Assembly (NCBI GenBank): GCA_031425855.1
Contig: JANPKC010000131.1
Coordinates: 1 to 31,170, forward strand
Direction of reading: 5' to 3'
From: Actinomycetes bacterium
GTDB lineage: Bacteria; Actinomycetota; Thermoleophilia; Gaiellales; Gaiellaceae
DNA length: 31,170 nucleotides
Of the stretch, positions 6,382 through 14,258 are shown piece after piece. A program made the position numbers and the translations under genes. The notes under the pieces were generated by a model. It saw only the letters and a list, made by a program, of their open reading frames with translations. It ran no database searches and had not been told where the DNA came from. Position 1 is the first letter of the stretch. Each line of letters opens with the position of its first letter.

Positions 6382-9068
6382 TCGAGTTCACCCTCGACGG
6401 GAAGCCGGCGAGCGCCGCCGAGGGCGAGCTGCTCGTCGACGCCGCCGCCCGCAACGGCGTCTTCATCCCGACCCTCTGCCACGACGACAAGCTCGACCCG
6501 TACGGCGGTTGCCGGATGTGCGTCGTCGGCGTCGAGGGATCGCCGCGACCGCTCCCCGCGTGCGCCACGCGTGTCGCGGACGGAATGGTCGTCTCCACCA
6601 ACTCGAACGTCCCGCAGCTGCGGCGAACGCTGACGGAGATGCTCCTCTCCGAGCACCTGAACGCCGATCCGGGCGGCCGCCCGAACGAGCTCGCCGAACT
6701 CGCAGAGGAGCTCGGCGCCGAAGCGCCGTTCCTCCTTCCCGACGCGAAGCGCGAGCCGTACGCCGACCGGAACCGGCTGATGGGCTACGAGCCGGACTCG
6801 TGCATCCTCTGCAACCGCTGCGTGCGCTACACGCAGGAGGTGATGCAGTGCTCGGCGCTCTCGCTCGAGGGCCGCGGGCCGGAGGCGCGGATCGTGCCGA
6901 CGTGGGGCAAGAGCTGGCTCGACACCGAGTGCGAGCTCTGCGGGGGCTGCCTCTCGACCTGCCCGACGGGCGCGATCTACGAGAAGTTCCTCGAGGGCGC
7001 CGGCGTCGAGGAGCGCGCCCTCGACCAGGTGAAGACGACCTGCACGTTCTGCGGCGTCGGCTGCCAGCTCGACCTCAACGTCGACCCGGAGACGAAGCGG
7101 ATCGTGAAGGTGACCTCGAAGCCGGAGTACGTCTCGAACGAGGGCAACCTCTGCGTCAAGGGCCGCTTCGCGTTCAACTTCGTGCACCACCCCGACCGGC
7201 TGACCGAGCCCCTGATCCGCGGCGAGGACGGCGAGTTGCACCCGGCCACGTGGGAGGACGCCCTCCACGCCGCCGCCGACGGGCTGAAGGGGGTGATGGA
7301 GCGGCACTCACCGCAATCGGTCGGCGTGCTCAGCTCGGCCCGGCTGACGAACGAGGAGAACTACCTGATCCAGAAGCTCGCCCGGACGGGGCTGCAGACC
7401 CATTCCGTCCACTCGTGCGAGGCCACCTGACACGCTCCCACCCTTTACGGCCTGGTCAGGTCGCTCGGCAGAGGCGCAACCACCAACTCGATCCCCGAGA
7501 TCGAGAACTGCCGCTTCCTGCTCGTGATCGGCTCGAACACGACCGAGGCCCATCCGGTGCTGGCGCTGCGGATCAAGAAGGCGGTGCGAAACGGCGCCAC
7601 CCTCGTGGTCGCCGACCCCCGCGCGATCTGGCTGACGAAGCTCGCGAGGCGCCACCTGCAGCTGCGCCCCGGCTCCGACGTCTGGCTGCTGAACGCGATC
7701 ATGCACGTGATCCTCGAGGAGGGGCTCCAGGACGACGCCTACATCGCGGCGCACTGCGAGGACTTCGAGTCGGTGCGCGAGGTGGTAGCGCGCTACACGC
7801 CCGAGGAGGCCGAACGGGTCACAGGGGTGTCCGCCGACGCCATCCGCGCGACCGCCCGCGAGTACGCGACCGAGCGGCACGCGGCGATCTTCTACACGCT
7901 CGGGATCACCGAGCACGCGTGCGGCGTCGACAACATCTGGTCGCTCGCGAACCTCGTCCTGATGACCGGCCACCTCGGCTACGAGTCGACCGGCCTCAAC
8001 GCCCTGCGCGGCCAGAACAACGTCCAGGGCCTGAACGACTCCGGCGCGAACCCGCACTACTTCCCCGGCTATCAGCCCTGGGACGACCCCGAGGTGCGCG
8101 CGAAGTTCGCGACCGCGTGGGGCGTCGCCCTGCCCGAGCGCGCCGGCTACCGGCTCGACCAGATGATGTCGGGCCTCCACGACGGCCGGATCAAGGCCCT
8201 GTATCTCGTGGGCGAGAATCCGGCCCAGACGGAGCCGAACGCCCACCACGTCGAGGAGGGCCTGCAGCAGCTCGAGTTCCTGGTCGCGCAGGACCTCTTC
8301 CTGAACGAGACCTCGCGGCGGCACGCGAACGTCGTCTTCCCCGCGTCGAGCTTCGCCGAGAAGGACGGCACCTTCACGAACACCGAGCGGCGGATCAACC
8401 GTGTCCGCGCCGCCGTGCCGCTGCCGGGGAACGCGCGCGGCGACCGGGAGATCGTGATCGCCCTCGCCCGTGCGCTCGGCTGCGACTGGCCCGACTACCC
8501 GGACGCGGAGTCGGTCTGGAACGAGCTCGCCGACCTCTGCCCGAACTGGTTCGGCGTTCGCTACCCGCGGCTCGAGGAGCAGGGGATCCAGTGGCCGTGC
8601 CCGACCGAGGATCACCCCGGGACGATGTTCCTGCACGAGGGCCACCCGTCGCTGCCCTCCGGCAAGGGCAAGTTCCACCCGGTCGAGTACCAGCCGCCGA
8701 TCGAGGAGCCCGACTCGGAGTACCCGTTCGTCCTCTCGACCGGCCGGACGCTCTACCACTACAACTCCGCGGGTATGACGATGCGCGAGGACGGGATCAC
8801 CGACAAGCAGGTGGATCCGTTCTTCGAGATCGCGGCCGAGGATGCGTCCGCCCTGGGCGTGAGCGAGGGAGATTGGGTGCGGCTCGTCTCCCGGCGCGGC
8901 GACCTGACCGCCCGCGCGAAGCTCTCCGAGCGTGTCTACCCCGGTCTCGTGTGGATGGCGCTCCACTTCGCAGAGGCGCGCGTGAACTGGCTCACGCACG
9001 ACGTCGGCGACCCGCTGATCGGGACGCCGGAGTACAAGGTGTCGGCGGTCAGGCTCGAACGGCCGTGA
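6378..9068 (+). CDS. fdhA: Selenocysteine-containing Mo/W-bisPGD formate dehydrogenase alpha subunit (896 aa with UGA read as Sec)
   Basis: GTG overlaps the upstream stop. ORFs 5415..7430 and 7524..9068 are in one frame, and the only stop I found between them is TGA 7428-7430. Context SCEAT-U-HAPTLYGL aligns with FdhF-type CARV-U-HGPS. Also CTFCGVGC...LCVKG, LRGQNNVQG, AEKDGTFTNTERR, STGR and PEYKVSAV. Confidence 0.9.
7431..7463 (+). promoter_or_regulatory. Bacterial SECIS element
   Basis: Stem CGGCCU (7448-7453) / AGGUCG (7458-7463) with a GGUC loop starting 24 nt after the UGA. The segment uses codons otherwise rare here (GCU, CUU, AGG, AGA). Confidence 0.75.
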
Positions 9069-9763
9069 TCGGCTCGCCGCGTCGACACGTCGCGGAGTGC
9101 GAGTCGACACAGCTCCTGCTCGGTCCGGACGATCCCGAGGGCGCGGTCGCGACCACCGACCACCAGACCGGCGGACGCGGCCGGCGGGGACGGACCTGGG
9201 TCGAGGCGCCCGGGACGTCGGTGCTCGTCTCGGTGCTCCTGCGCCCGCCCCCGGAACGGCTCGCGCCGCAGCTCTCCCTCCTGGGTGGGCTCGCGGCGGC
9301 GATGGCGGCCGAGGAGGCTCTGGGGCTCGCGGCGCAGATCAAGTGGCCGAACGACGTCATGGTCGACCGGCGCAAGGTCGCGGGCGTGCTCGCGGAGGCG
9401 AGGGACGGCGTCGTCGTGCTCGGGATCGGGCTGAACGTGAACCAGACGCGCGAGCAGCTGCCCGCCGACGCCCGCGTGGCCGCGGCGTCGCTGCGGACGA
9501 TCGACGGTCGCGAACGAGAGCGCGAGCAGCTGCTCACGTCGGTGCTCGCGCAGCTCGACCGGCTCTACGGCGCGTGGCGGCAAGCCGGTCTCGAGGCCGT
9601 CTACGAGGATCTCGGCGCGCGCGACTTCCTCCGCGGCCGCCGCGTCACGGTCGACGGCGTCGCCGGGACGGCGCAGATGATCGTCCGCGACGGCCGGCTC
9701 GCGGTCTCGACGAGCTCAGGCCTGGTCGTCGTCGAGAGCGGCGAGGTCACGTTCGAGCGCTGA
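9065..9763 (+). CDS. birA: Biotin--[acetyl-CoA carboxylase] ligase (no N-terminal HTH)
   Basis: GTGA-coupled to the FDH alpha gene. Motifs QTGGRGRRGRTW, IKWPNDV, KVAGVLAE and GIGLNV. Confidence 0.9.
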   Translation: MIGSPRRHVAECESTQLLLGPDDPEGAVATTDHQTGGRGRRGRTWVEAPGTSVLVSVLLRPPPERLAPQLSLLGGLAAAMAAEEALGLAAQIKWPNDVMVDRRKVAGVLAEARDGVVVLGIGLNVNQTREQLPADARVAAASLRTIDGREREREQLLTSVLAQLDRLYGAWRQAGLEAVYEDLGARDFLRGRRVTVDGVAGTAQMIVRDGRLAVSTSSGLVVVESGEVTFER

Positions 9764-10258
9764 GAGCTCCGCGGGCGTGTTCGCGTTCGCGAGCAGCCGC
9801 GGGTCGGCCTCGAGCACTCGCGGATTGACGCCGCGGAGCGACCAGTCGCCCGACGCGAGGCGTCGCTCGAGCTCCGGCAGGTCGTCCTTCGCGTAGGCGC
9901 CCGGCAGCGGTCCCGTCTGCGTGACGGCGCGGCGCTCGCCGAGCTCGCGCAGCAGGCCGGGTGTCACGAGCGGGCAATCGACGGGCAGGAAGACGGACGT
10001 CTCGGTCGCGGCCGCACGAAGCCCCGCGATCACCCCGGCGAGCGGCGCCTGCGGCTGCGCCGGCTCGACGACCACGTCGAAGGGCAGGTCGAGCTCTCCC
10101 TTCCCGACCGCGAGCCGGAAAGGGAACGCCTCACCCAGCGTCCGCCACGCCCGCTCGCCGAGCGCCTCGCTGCCGAAGCGCGCGAGCGCCTTCGGCGACC
10201 CGAAGCGCGTCGACGCCCCGCCGACGAGCAGGACGCCCGTTACCGCAGGATCCGCCAC
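9716..10258 (-). CDS. mobA: Molybdenum cofactor guanylyltransferase
   Basis: GVLLVGGASTRFGSPKAL, PLAGVIAGL, PVDCP, PLPGAY and LANANTPAEL. Next to fdhD. Start GTG 10258 inferred. Confidence 0.85.
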   Translation of the reverse strand: MADPAVTGVLLVGGASTRFGSPKALARFGSEALGERAWRTLGEAFPFRLAVGKGELDLPFDVVVEPAQPQAPLAGVIAGLRAAATETSVFLPVDCPLVTPGLLRELGERRAVTQTGPLPGAYAKDDLPELERRLASGDWSLRGVNPRVLEADPRLLANANTPAELSALERDLAALDDDQA

Positions 10259-11016
10259 GCCTCGGTGTAGACGTTGAGCGAGCCGTCGCGGACGAAGCCG
10301 CAGAGGGTGATTCCGCGATCGGCTGCGAGCTCGACCGCGAGCGACGACGGCGCGCCCACCGCCACGAGCAGCGGGCACCCCGCGACGGCCGCCTTCTGGA
10401 CGAGCTCGAAGGAGAGCCGCCCGCTGACGCACAGGATCGAGCCCGACAGCGGCAACAGCCCGTCGAGGAACGCGCGGCCGAGCACCTTGTCGAGCGCGTT
10501 GTGACGGCCTACGTCCTCGCGGAGGCAGAGCAGCTCGCCGCTCGCCGTGAAGAGACCGGTCGCGTGCAGGCCGCCGGTCGCCTCGAACGCCGCCTGCGCA
10601 CTCCGGAGGCGATCGGGCAGCGTCGCGACGAGCCCGGCGGGGACGCGCAGGTCGCTCTCCACCCGCGGCGCCTCGACGGCGACCGCCTCGAGAGCGCCCT
10701 TGCCGCACACACCGCAGGAGGACGAGGTGTAGAAGCTCCGCTGCAGGCGGCCGACGTCTGCTCCGGGAGCGTCGACGTCGACCGTGTTAGCGGCGAGGTC
10801 GTCGGGCACCCGGGCTGCGACCGGGCGCAGCCCCTCCGAGAGGCAGAAGCCCAGCGCGAGCTCCTCGTCGTGCCCCGGGGTGCGCATCGTCACCGCGACC
10901 GGCGTGCCGCCGATCCGGATCTCGAGCGGCTCCTCGACGGCGACGAGGTCGCCCTCCTCGCCGCCCGGCACCCGCGTCACGCGCACGCGTGCGGTGCTGT
11001 AGGCGGGCGCTTCCAC
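10240..11016 (-). CDS. fdhD: Formate dehydrogenase accessory sulfurtransferase
   Basis: EEPLEI, TMRTPGHDEELALGF, SSCGVCGK, TGGLHA, EDVGRHNALDK and SGRLSFELVQKA. Start GTG 11016 lies 7 nt after a TACTGT -10 box. Confidence 0.93.
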   Translation of the reverse strand: MEAPAYSTARVRVTRVPGGEEGDLVAVEEPLEIRIGGTPVAVTMRTPGHDEELALGFCLSEGLRPVAARVPDDLAANTVDVDAPGADVGRLQRSFYTSSSCGVCGKGALEAVAVEAPRVESDLRVPAGLVATLPDRLRSAQAAFEATGGLHATGLFTASGELLCLREDVGRHNALDKVLGRAFLDGLLPLSGSILCVSGRLSFELVQKAAVAGCPLLVAVGAPSSLAVELAADRGITLCGFVRDGSLNVYTEAWRILR

Positions 11017-11072
11017 GGTGGCAACAGTACCGCGCAGGTTTTCCACAGGTCCGGTGTCTCAATTGTTAGGAA

Positions 11073-11441
11073 ATGATGGAGTCAGCCGCAGACTTCGGTA
11101 CCGGGCTTCGCGCTCACCTCGGCCTCGAGCAGGCCGAGCTGGAGCTCGTCGCCGCGCCGGAGGCCGCTCCCGAGCGGATCGCGGCCGACGAGAACGTCGC
11201 CGCCGACGGCCCGGCCGCATCCGACCGCGCCACGCAGGACGCGCTCGAGGCGCTCGAGGTCCTCGAGGCGGAGCTGCTCGAGCGTGAGCGCGACCTCGCC
11301 CGGCGCGAGGCCGGTCTTGCGGGCCGAGCGGGCGCACTGCTCGCCGCGGCCCAGGCGCTCTACGACGATGTCCTCGGCGGCGGCCCGTCGCCCACCGACG
11401 ACGAGCTCGCACGCCTGCGGCGGCGGAAGAGCGTGGCTTGA
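11073..11441 (+). CDS. Hypothetical acidic coiled-coil protein
   Basis: 122 aa, AGGAAA before the ATG, GC-typical codon usage, heptad-like LEVLEAELLERERDLARREAGL. No family recognised. Confidence 0.65.
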   Translation: MMESAADFGTGLRAHLGLEQAELELVAAPEAAPERIAADENVAADGPAASDRATQDALEALEVLEAELLERERDLARREAGLAGRAGALLAAAQALYDDVLGGGPSPTDDELARLRRRKSVA

Positions 11442-11448
11442 CGCCGGG

Positions 11449-11655
11449 ATGGTCGAGCGTATCGAGCGGATCCGGGGGGACCGCCTGCAGCGCTGGAGCG
11501 TCTATGCGGCAACGCCGTTCCTCTGGCTCGCGCTCGCGCTGCTCAACCCGTTCCTGCTCCTCGTCCCGGCGCTGATCACAGTGGCGATCTGGAAGGCGAT
11601 GGAGTACGGGATCGTCGACCGGCACGACCCGCCGGACGACCCCGACTTCTACTAG
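11449..11655 (+). CDS. Small hypothetical membrane protein
   Basis: MVERIERIRGDRLQRWSVYAATPFLWLALALLNPFLLLVPALITVAIWKAMEYGIVDRHDPPDDPDFY has a long hydrophobic core. Alternative TTG start at 11438 overlaps the upstream stop. Confidence 0.65.
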   Translation: MVERIERIRGDRLQRWSVYAATPFLWLALALLNPFLLLVPALITVAIWKAMEYGIVDRHDPPDDPDFY

Positions 11656-12290
11656 CTCGCGCCCGCAGCTTCGAGGATCGCGGCGATCTTGTCGTGACCG
11701 CCGCGACGCGCGTGCTCGAGCGGCGTCACTCCCTCCCGGTCGGCGATGTCCACGCCGGCGCCCGCGCCGACGAGCAGCCGGACGATCTCCTGATGCGGAG
11801 CGCCGCCCTCGCCGAGGAGAACGGCCTCGAGCAGCGCCGTCCAGCCGAGATCGTTGACGTGGTCGATGTCGATCGACGTTTCGAGGAGCTCTCGCACGAC
11901 GCCGACGTGACCCCGGTCGGCCGCCGGGATCAGCGCGGTGCCGCCGAAGCGGTTCGTCCGGGTCAGGTCGGGCTCTGCTCGCAGCACCTCGTGGAGCACG
12001 GCCACGTTCCCGGTCTCCCCGGTGGCGAGGAGCGCGTTCGCCCGCGAGTCGTCCTGGAGATCGACGTCGGCGCCGGCGTCGACGAGGACGCGCACGGCGG
12101 CGGCGGAGCCTCCGTAGGCGGCGGCGGTCACGGCCGTCCGGCCGCCCGGGCCACGATCGTCCACTGCCGCGCCGCGCTCGAGCAGCCGCACCACCGCCTC
12201 GACCTCGCCGCGTCCCGCGGCCGCCGCGAGCTCCCCGGCCGCAGGCCTGTCGCCGTCACCACAACCGCCGACGGCGAGCACCAGGAGCAC
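11652..12290 (-). CDS. Ankyrin-repeat protein (YahD-like), possible lipoprotein
   Basis: Repeated GRTAVTAA, ANALLAT, GGTALIPAADRGH, GWTALLEA and GVTPLEHA units. N-terminal LVLAVGGC lipobox-like motif. Confidence 0.8.
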   Translation of the reverse strand: MLLVLAVGGCGDGDRPAAGELAAAAGRGEVEAVVRLLERGAAVDDRGPGGRTAVTAAAYGGSAAAVRVLVDAGADVDLQDDSRANALLATGETGNVAVLHEVLRAEPDLTRTNRFGGTALIPAADRGHVGVVRELLETSIDIDHVNDLGWTALLEAVLLGEGGAPHQEIVRLLVGAGAGVDIADREGVTPLEHARRGGHDKIAAILEAAGAS

Positions 12291-12307
12291 GACGAGCCGG
12301 CGCGCGC

Positions 12308-14134
12308 CTATTCGACCGTGACCGTCTTGGCCAGGTTGCGCGGCTGGTCGACGTTGAGCTCGCGGATCCGCGCGATCCGGTAGGCGAGCAGCTGCAGCGG
12401 GATGATCGCCAGCACCGCCTGGAGGAAGTTCGGCGTCTTCGGCACGTAGATGACGTCGTCGGCGTGGTGCTGGATGTCCTCGTTGCCTTGCGTCGCGATC
12501 GCGATCACGTGCGCACCGCGCGCTCGAACCTCCTGGATGTTGGAGACGAGCTTGTCGTAGACGTGGATGTCAGTGGCCACGACGACGACGGGCGTCTCCT
12601 CGTCGAGCAGCGCGATCGGCCCGTGCTTCATCTCGCCGGCGGAGTACGCCTCGGTCGGGATGTAGCTGATCTCCTTCAGCTTCAGCGCCCCCTCGAGCGC
12701 CACCGGCAGGCCGATGTGGCGGCCAAGGTAGAAGAAGAACGGCTTGTCGGCGAAGCGCTGGGCGATCTCCTCGATCGGATGGTCGCCGTCGAGGAACTGG
12801 TCGATCTTCTTCGGCAGGTCGTAGACCTTGTCGAGGATGAACGAGATCTCTCCTGCCGGCATCGTGCCGCGGATCTGCGCCAGCTTCAGGGCGACGAGAT
12901 AGAGGAGCGAGACCTGCGCCGTGAACGTCTTCGAGGCGGCGACGCCGACCTCGAGCCCGCAGCGGGTGTAGAGGACGGAGTCGACCTCGCGCGTGATCTG
13001 CGACCCCATCATGTTCGTGATCGCGACCGTGCGGGCGCCCAGCGAGCGAGCGAGCTTCATCGCCTCGATCGTGTCGCGCGTCTCGCCGGACTGCGAGATC
13101 CCGATCACGAGCGTGTCCTTGTCGATCACCGGGTTGCGGTAGATCCACTCGGACGCGATGTCGGGCTCGACGGGGATCCGCGCCCACTCCTCGATCACGT
13201 ACCGGCCGACGACCCCCGCGTGGTAGGCGGTGCCGCAGGCGAGGATGACGATGCGGCGGAGGTCCTTCAGCTCCTCCTCGGAGTGCCCGAGCCCCTCGAG
13301 CACGAGCGTGCCGTGCCGGACGCGGTCGCCGATCGTCTCGGCGACGGCCTCGGACTGCTCGTAGATCTCCTTGAGCATGAACGTCTCGTAGCCGCCCTTC
13401 TCGGCGCCCTCGTCGTCCCAGTCGAGCTCGACCGGGTCGTGCTCCACGTGCGAGCCGTCGACGCGGGTGAAGACCGAGCCTTCGGGCGTGATCGTGACGA
13501 TGTCGCCGTCGTCGGGGAACTGCACCTGCCGCGTCTCCTTCAGGAACGCGGCCGCGTTCGAGGCGAGGAACATCTCGCCCTTCCCGATCCCGACCACGAG
13601 CGGCGTCTGGTGCCGGGCGGCGACGAGCACGTCCGGGTGGTCGTGGTGGATGACGACGAAGGTGAAATGGCCCTCGAGCTCTGCGAACGTGCGCCGGACC
13701 GCCTCGGTGAGATCGCCCTCGTAGTGGCGCTCGATCAGGTGCGAGACGGTCTCCGCGTCGGTCTCGGAGGTGAACGTGTGGCCCTCGGCGATCAGGCCCT
13801 CCCGAAGCTCGCGGTAGTTCTCGACGATCCCGTTCAGGACGATCGACATCTTCGTCCCGTCGCAGCCGGTGAGCGGGTGGGCGTTCGCCTCGGTGACACC
13901 GCCGTGCGTCGCCCAGCGCGTGTGGCCGAGGCCGTGGGTCGCCTTCGAGCCGTTCGGGCCTGCCGCCTCCTTCAGGTTCTGGAGGTTGCCGACCGCGCGG
14001 ACGTACTCGAGCCCGTCATCCTCGCGCAGCGCGATCCCGGCGGAGTCGTAGCCGCGATACTCGAGGCGCTCGAGGCCCTGGAGCAGCAGCTGCTTGCACT
14101 CTCTGGGCCCGACGTATCCGATGATCCCGCACAT
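12308..14134 (-). CDS. glmS: Glutamine--fructose-6-phosphate aminotransferase (isomerizing)
   Basis: N-terminal MCGIIGY (Cys1), LEYRGYDSAG, GHTRWATHG, SQSGET, EGALKLKE and PRNLAKTVTVE. Confidence 0.97.
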   Translation of the reverse strand: MCGIIGYVGPRECKQLLLQGLERLEYRGYDSAGIALREDDGLEYVRAVGNLQNLKEAAGPNGSKATHGLGHTRWATHGGVTEANAHPLTGCDGTKMSIVLNGIVENYRELREGLIAEGHTFTSETDAETVSHLIERHYEGDLTEAVRRTFAELEGHFTFVVIHHDHPDVLVAARHQTPLVVGIGKGEMFLASNAAAFLKETRQVQFPDDGDIVTITPEGSVFTRVDGSHVEHDPVELDWDDEGAEKGGYETFMLKEIYEQSEAVAETIGDRVRHGTLVLEGLGHSEEELKDLRRIVILACGTAYHAGVVGRYVIEEWARIPVEPDIASEWIYRNPVIDKDTLVIGISQSGETRDTIEAMKLARSLGARTVAITNMMGSQITREVDSVLYTRCGLEVGVAASKTFTAQVSLLYLVALKLAQIRGTMPAGEISFILDKVYDLPKKIDQFLDGDHPIEEIAQRFADKPFFFYLGRHIGLPVALEGALKLKEISYIPTEAYSAGEMKHGPIALLDEETPVVVVATDIHVYDKLVSNIQEVRARGAHVIAIATQGNEDIQHHADDVIYVPKTPNFLQAVLAIIPLQLLAYRIARIRELNVDQPRNLAKTVTVE

Positions 14135-14258
14135 CCAAGCCCCCCTTTCCCACGACGAAAACCGGAAACGCGTCCGAGAACGCGTAAGAGCCCGGCGCAC
14201 CTCCCGCGTCGTCGCGGGCTAGCCGAGCTCCCTCTTTACGAGGGTTGCGATCCTAGCA
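14135..14258 (-). promoter_or_regulatory. Putative internal promoter (TGCTAGGAT) in the glmM 3' end plus a structured glmS 5' leader
   Basis: Extended -10 at 14250-14258 within a run of rare codons. Helices at 14230-14244, 14222-14230/14188-14196, 14203-14218 and 14168-14185. Confidence 0.5.

Noticed and set aside
7428-7430. Treating the FDH alpha gene as a pseudogene or two genes
   Set aside because: The stop is TGA at the catalytic ligand column, the frame is intact, a SECIS-like hairpin follows and the maturation genes are intact.
4465-9110. Minus-strand ORFs 4465..6348, 6120..7307 and 7308..9110, and the off-frame N-terminal part of ORF 6509..9763
   Set aside because: Shadows of the FDH genes. 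Only the last 232 codons of 6509..9763 (birA) are a real gene.
14135-14258. glmS ribozyme
   Set aside because: The AGCGCC cleavage-site segment and the GACGAGG core were not found upstream of glmS.
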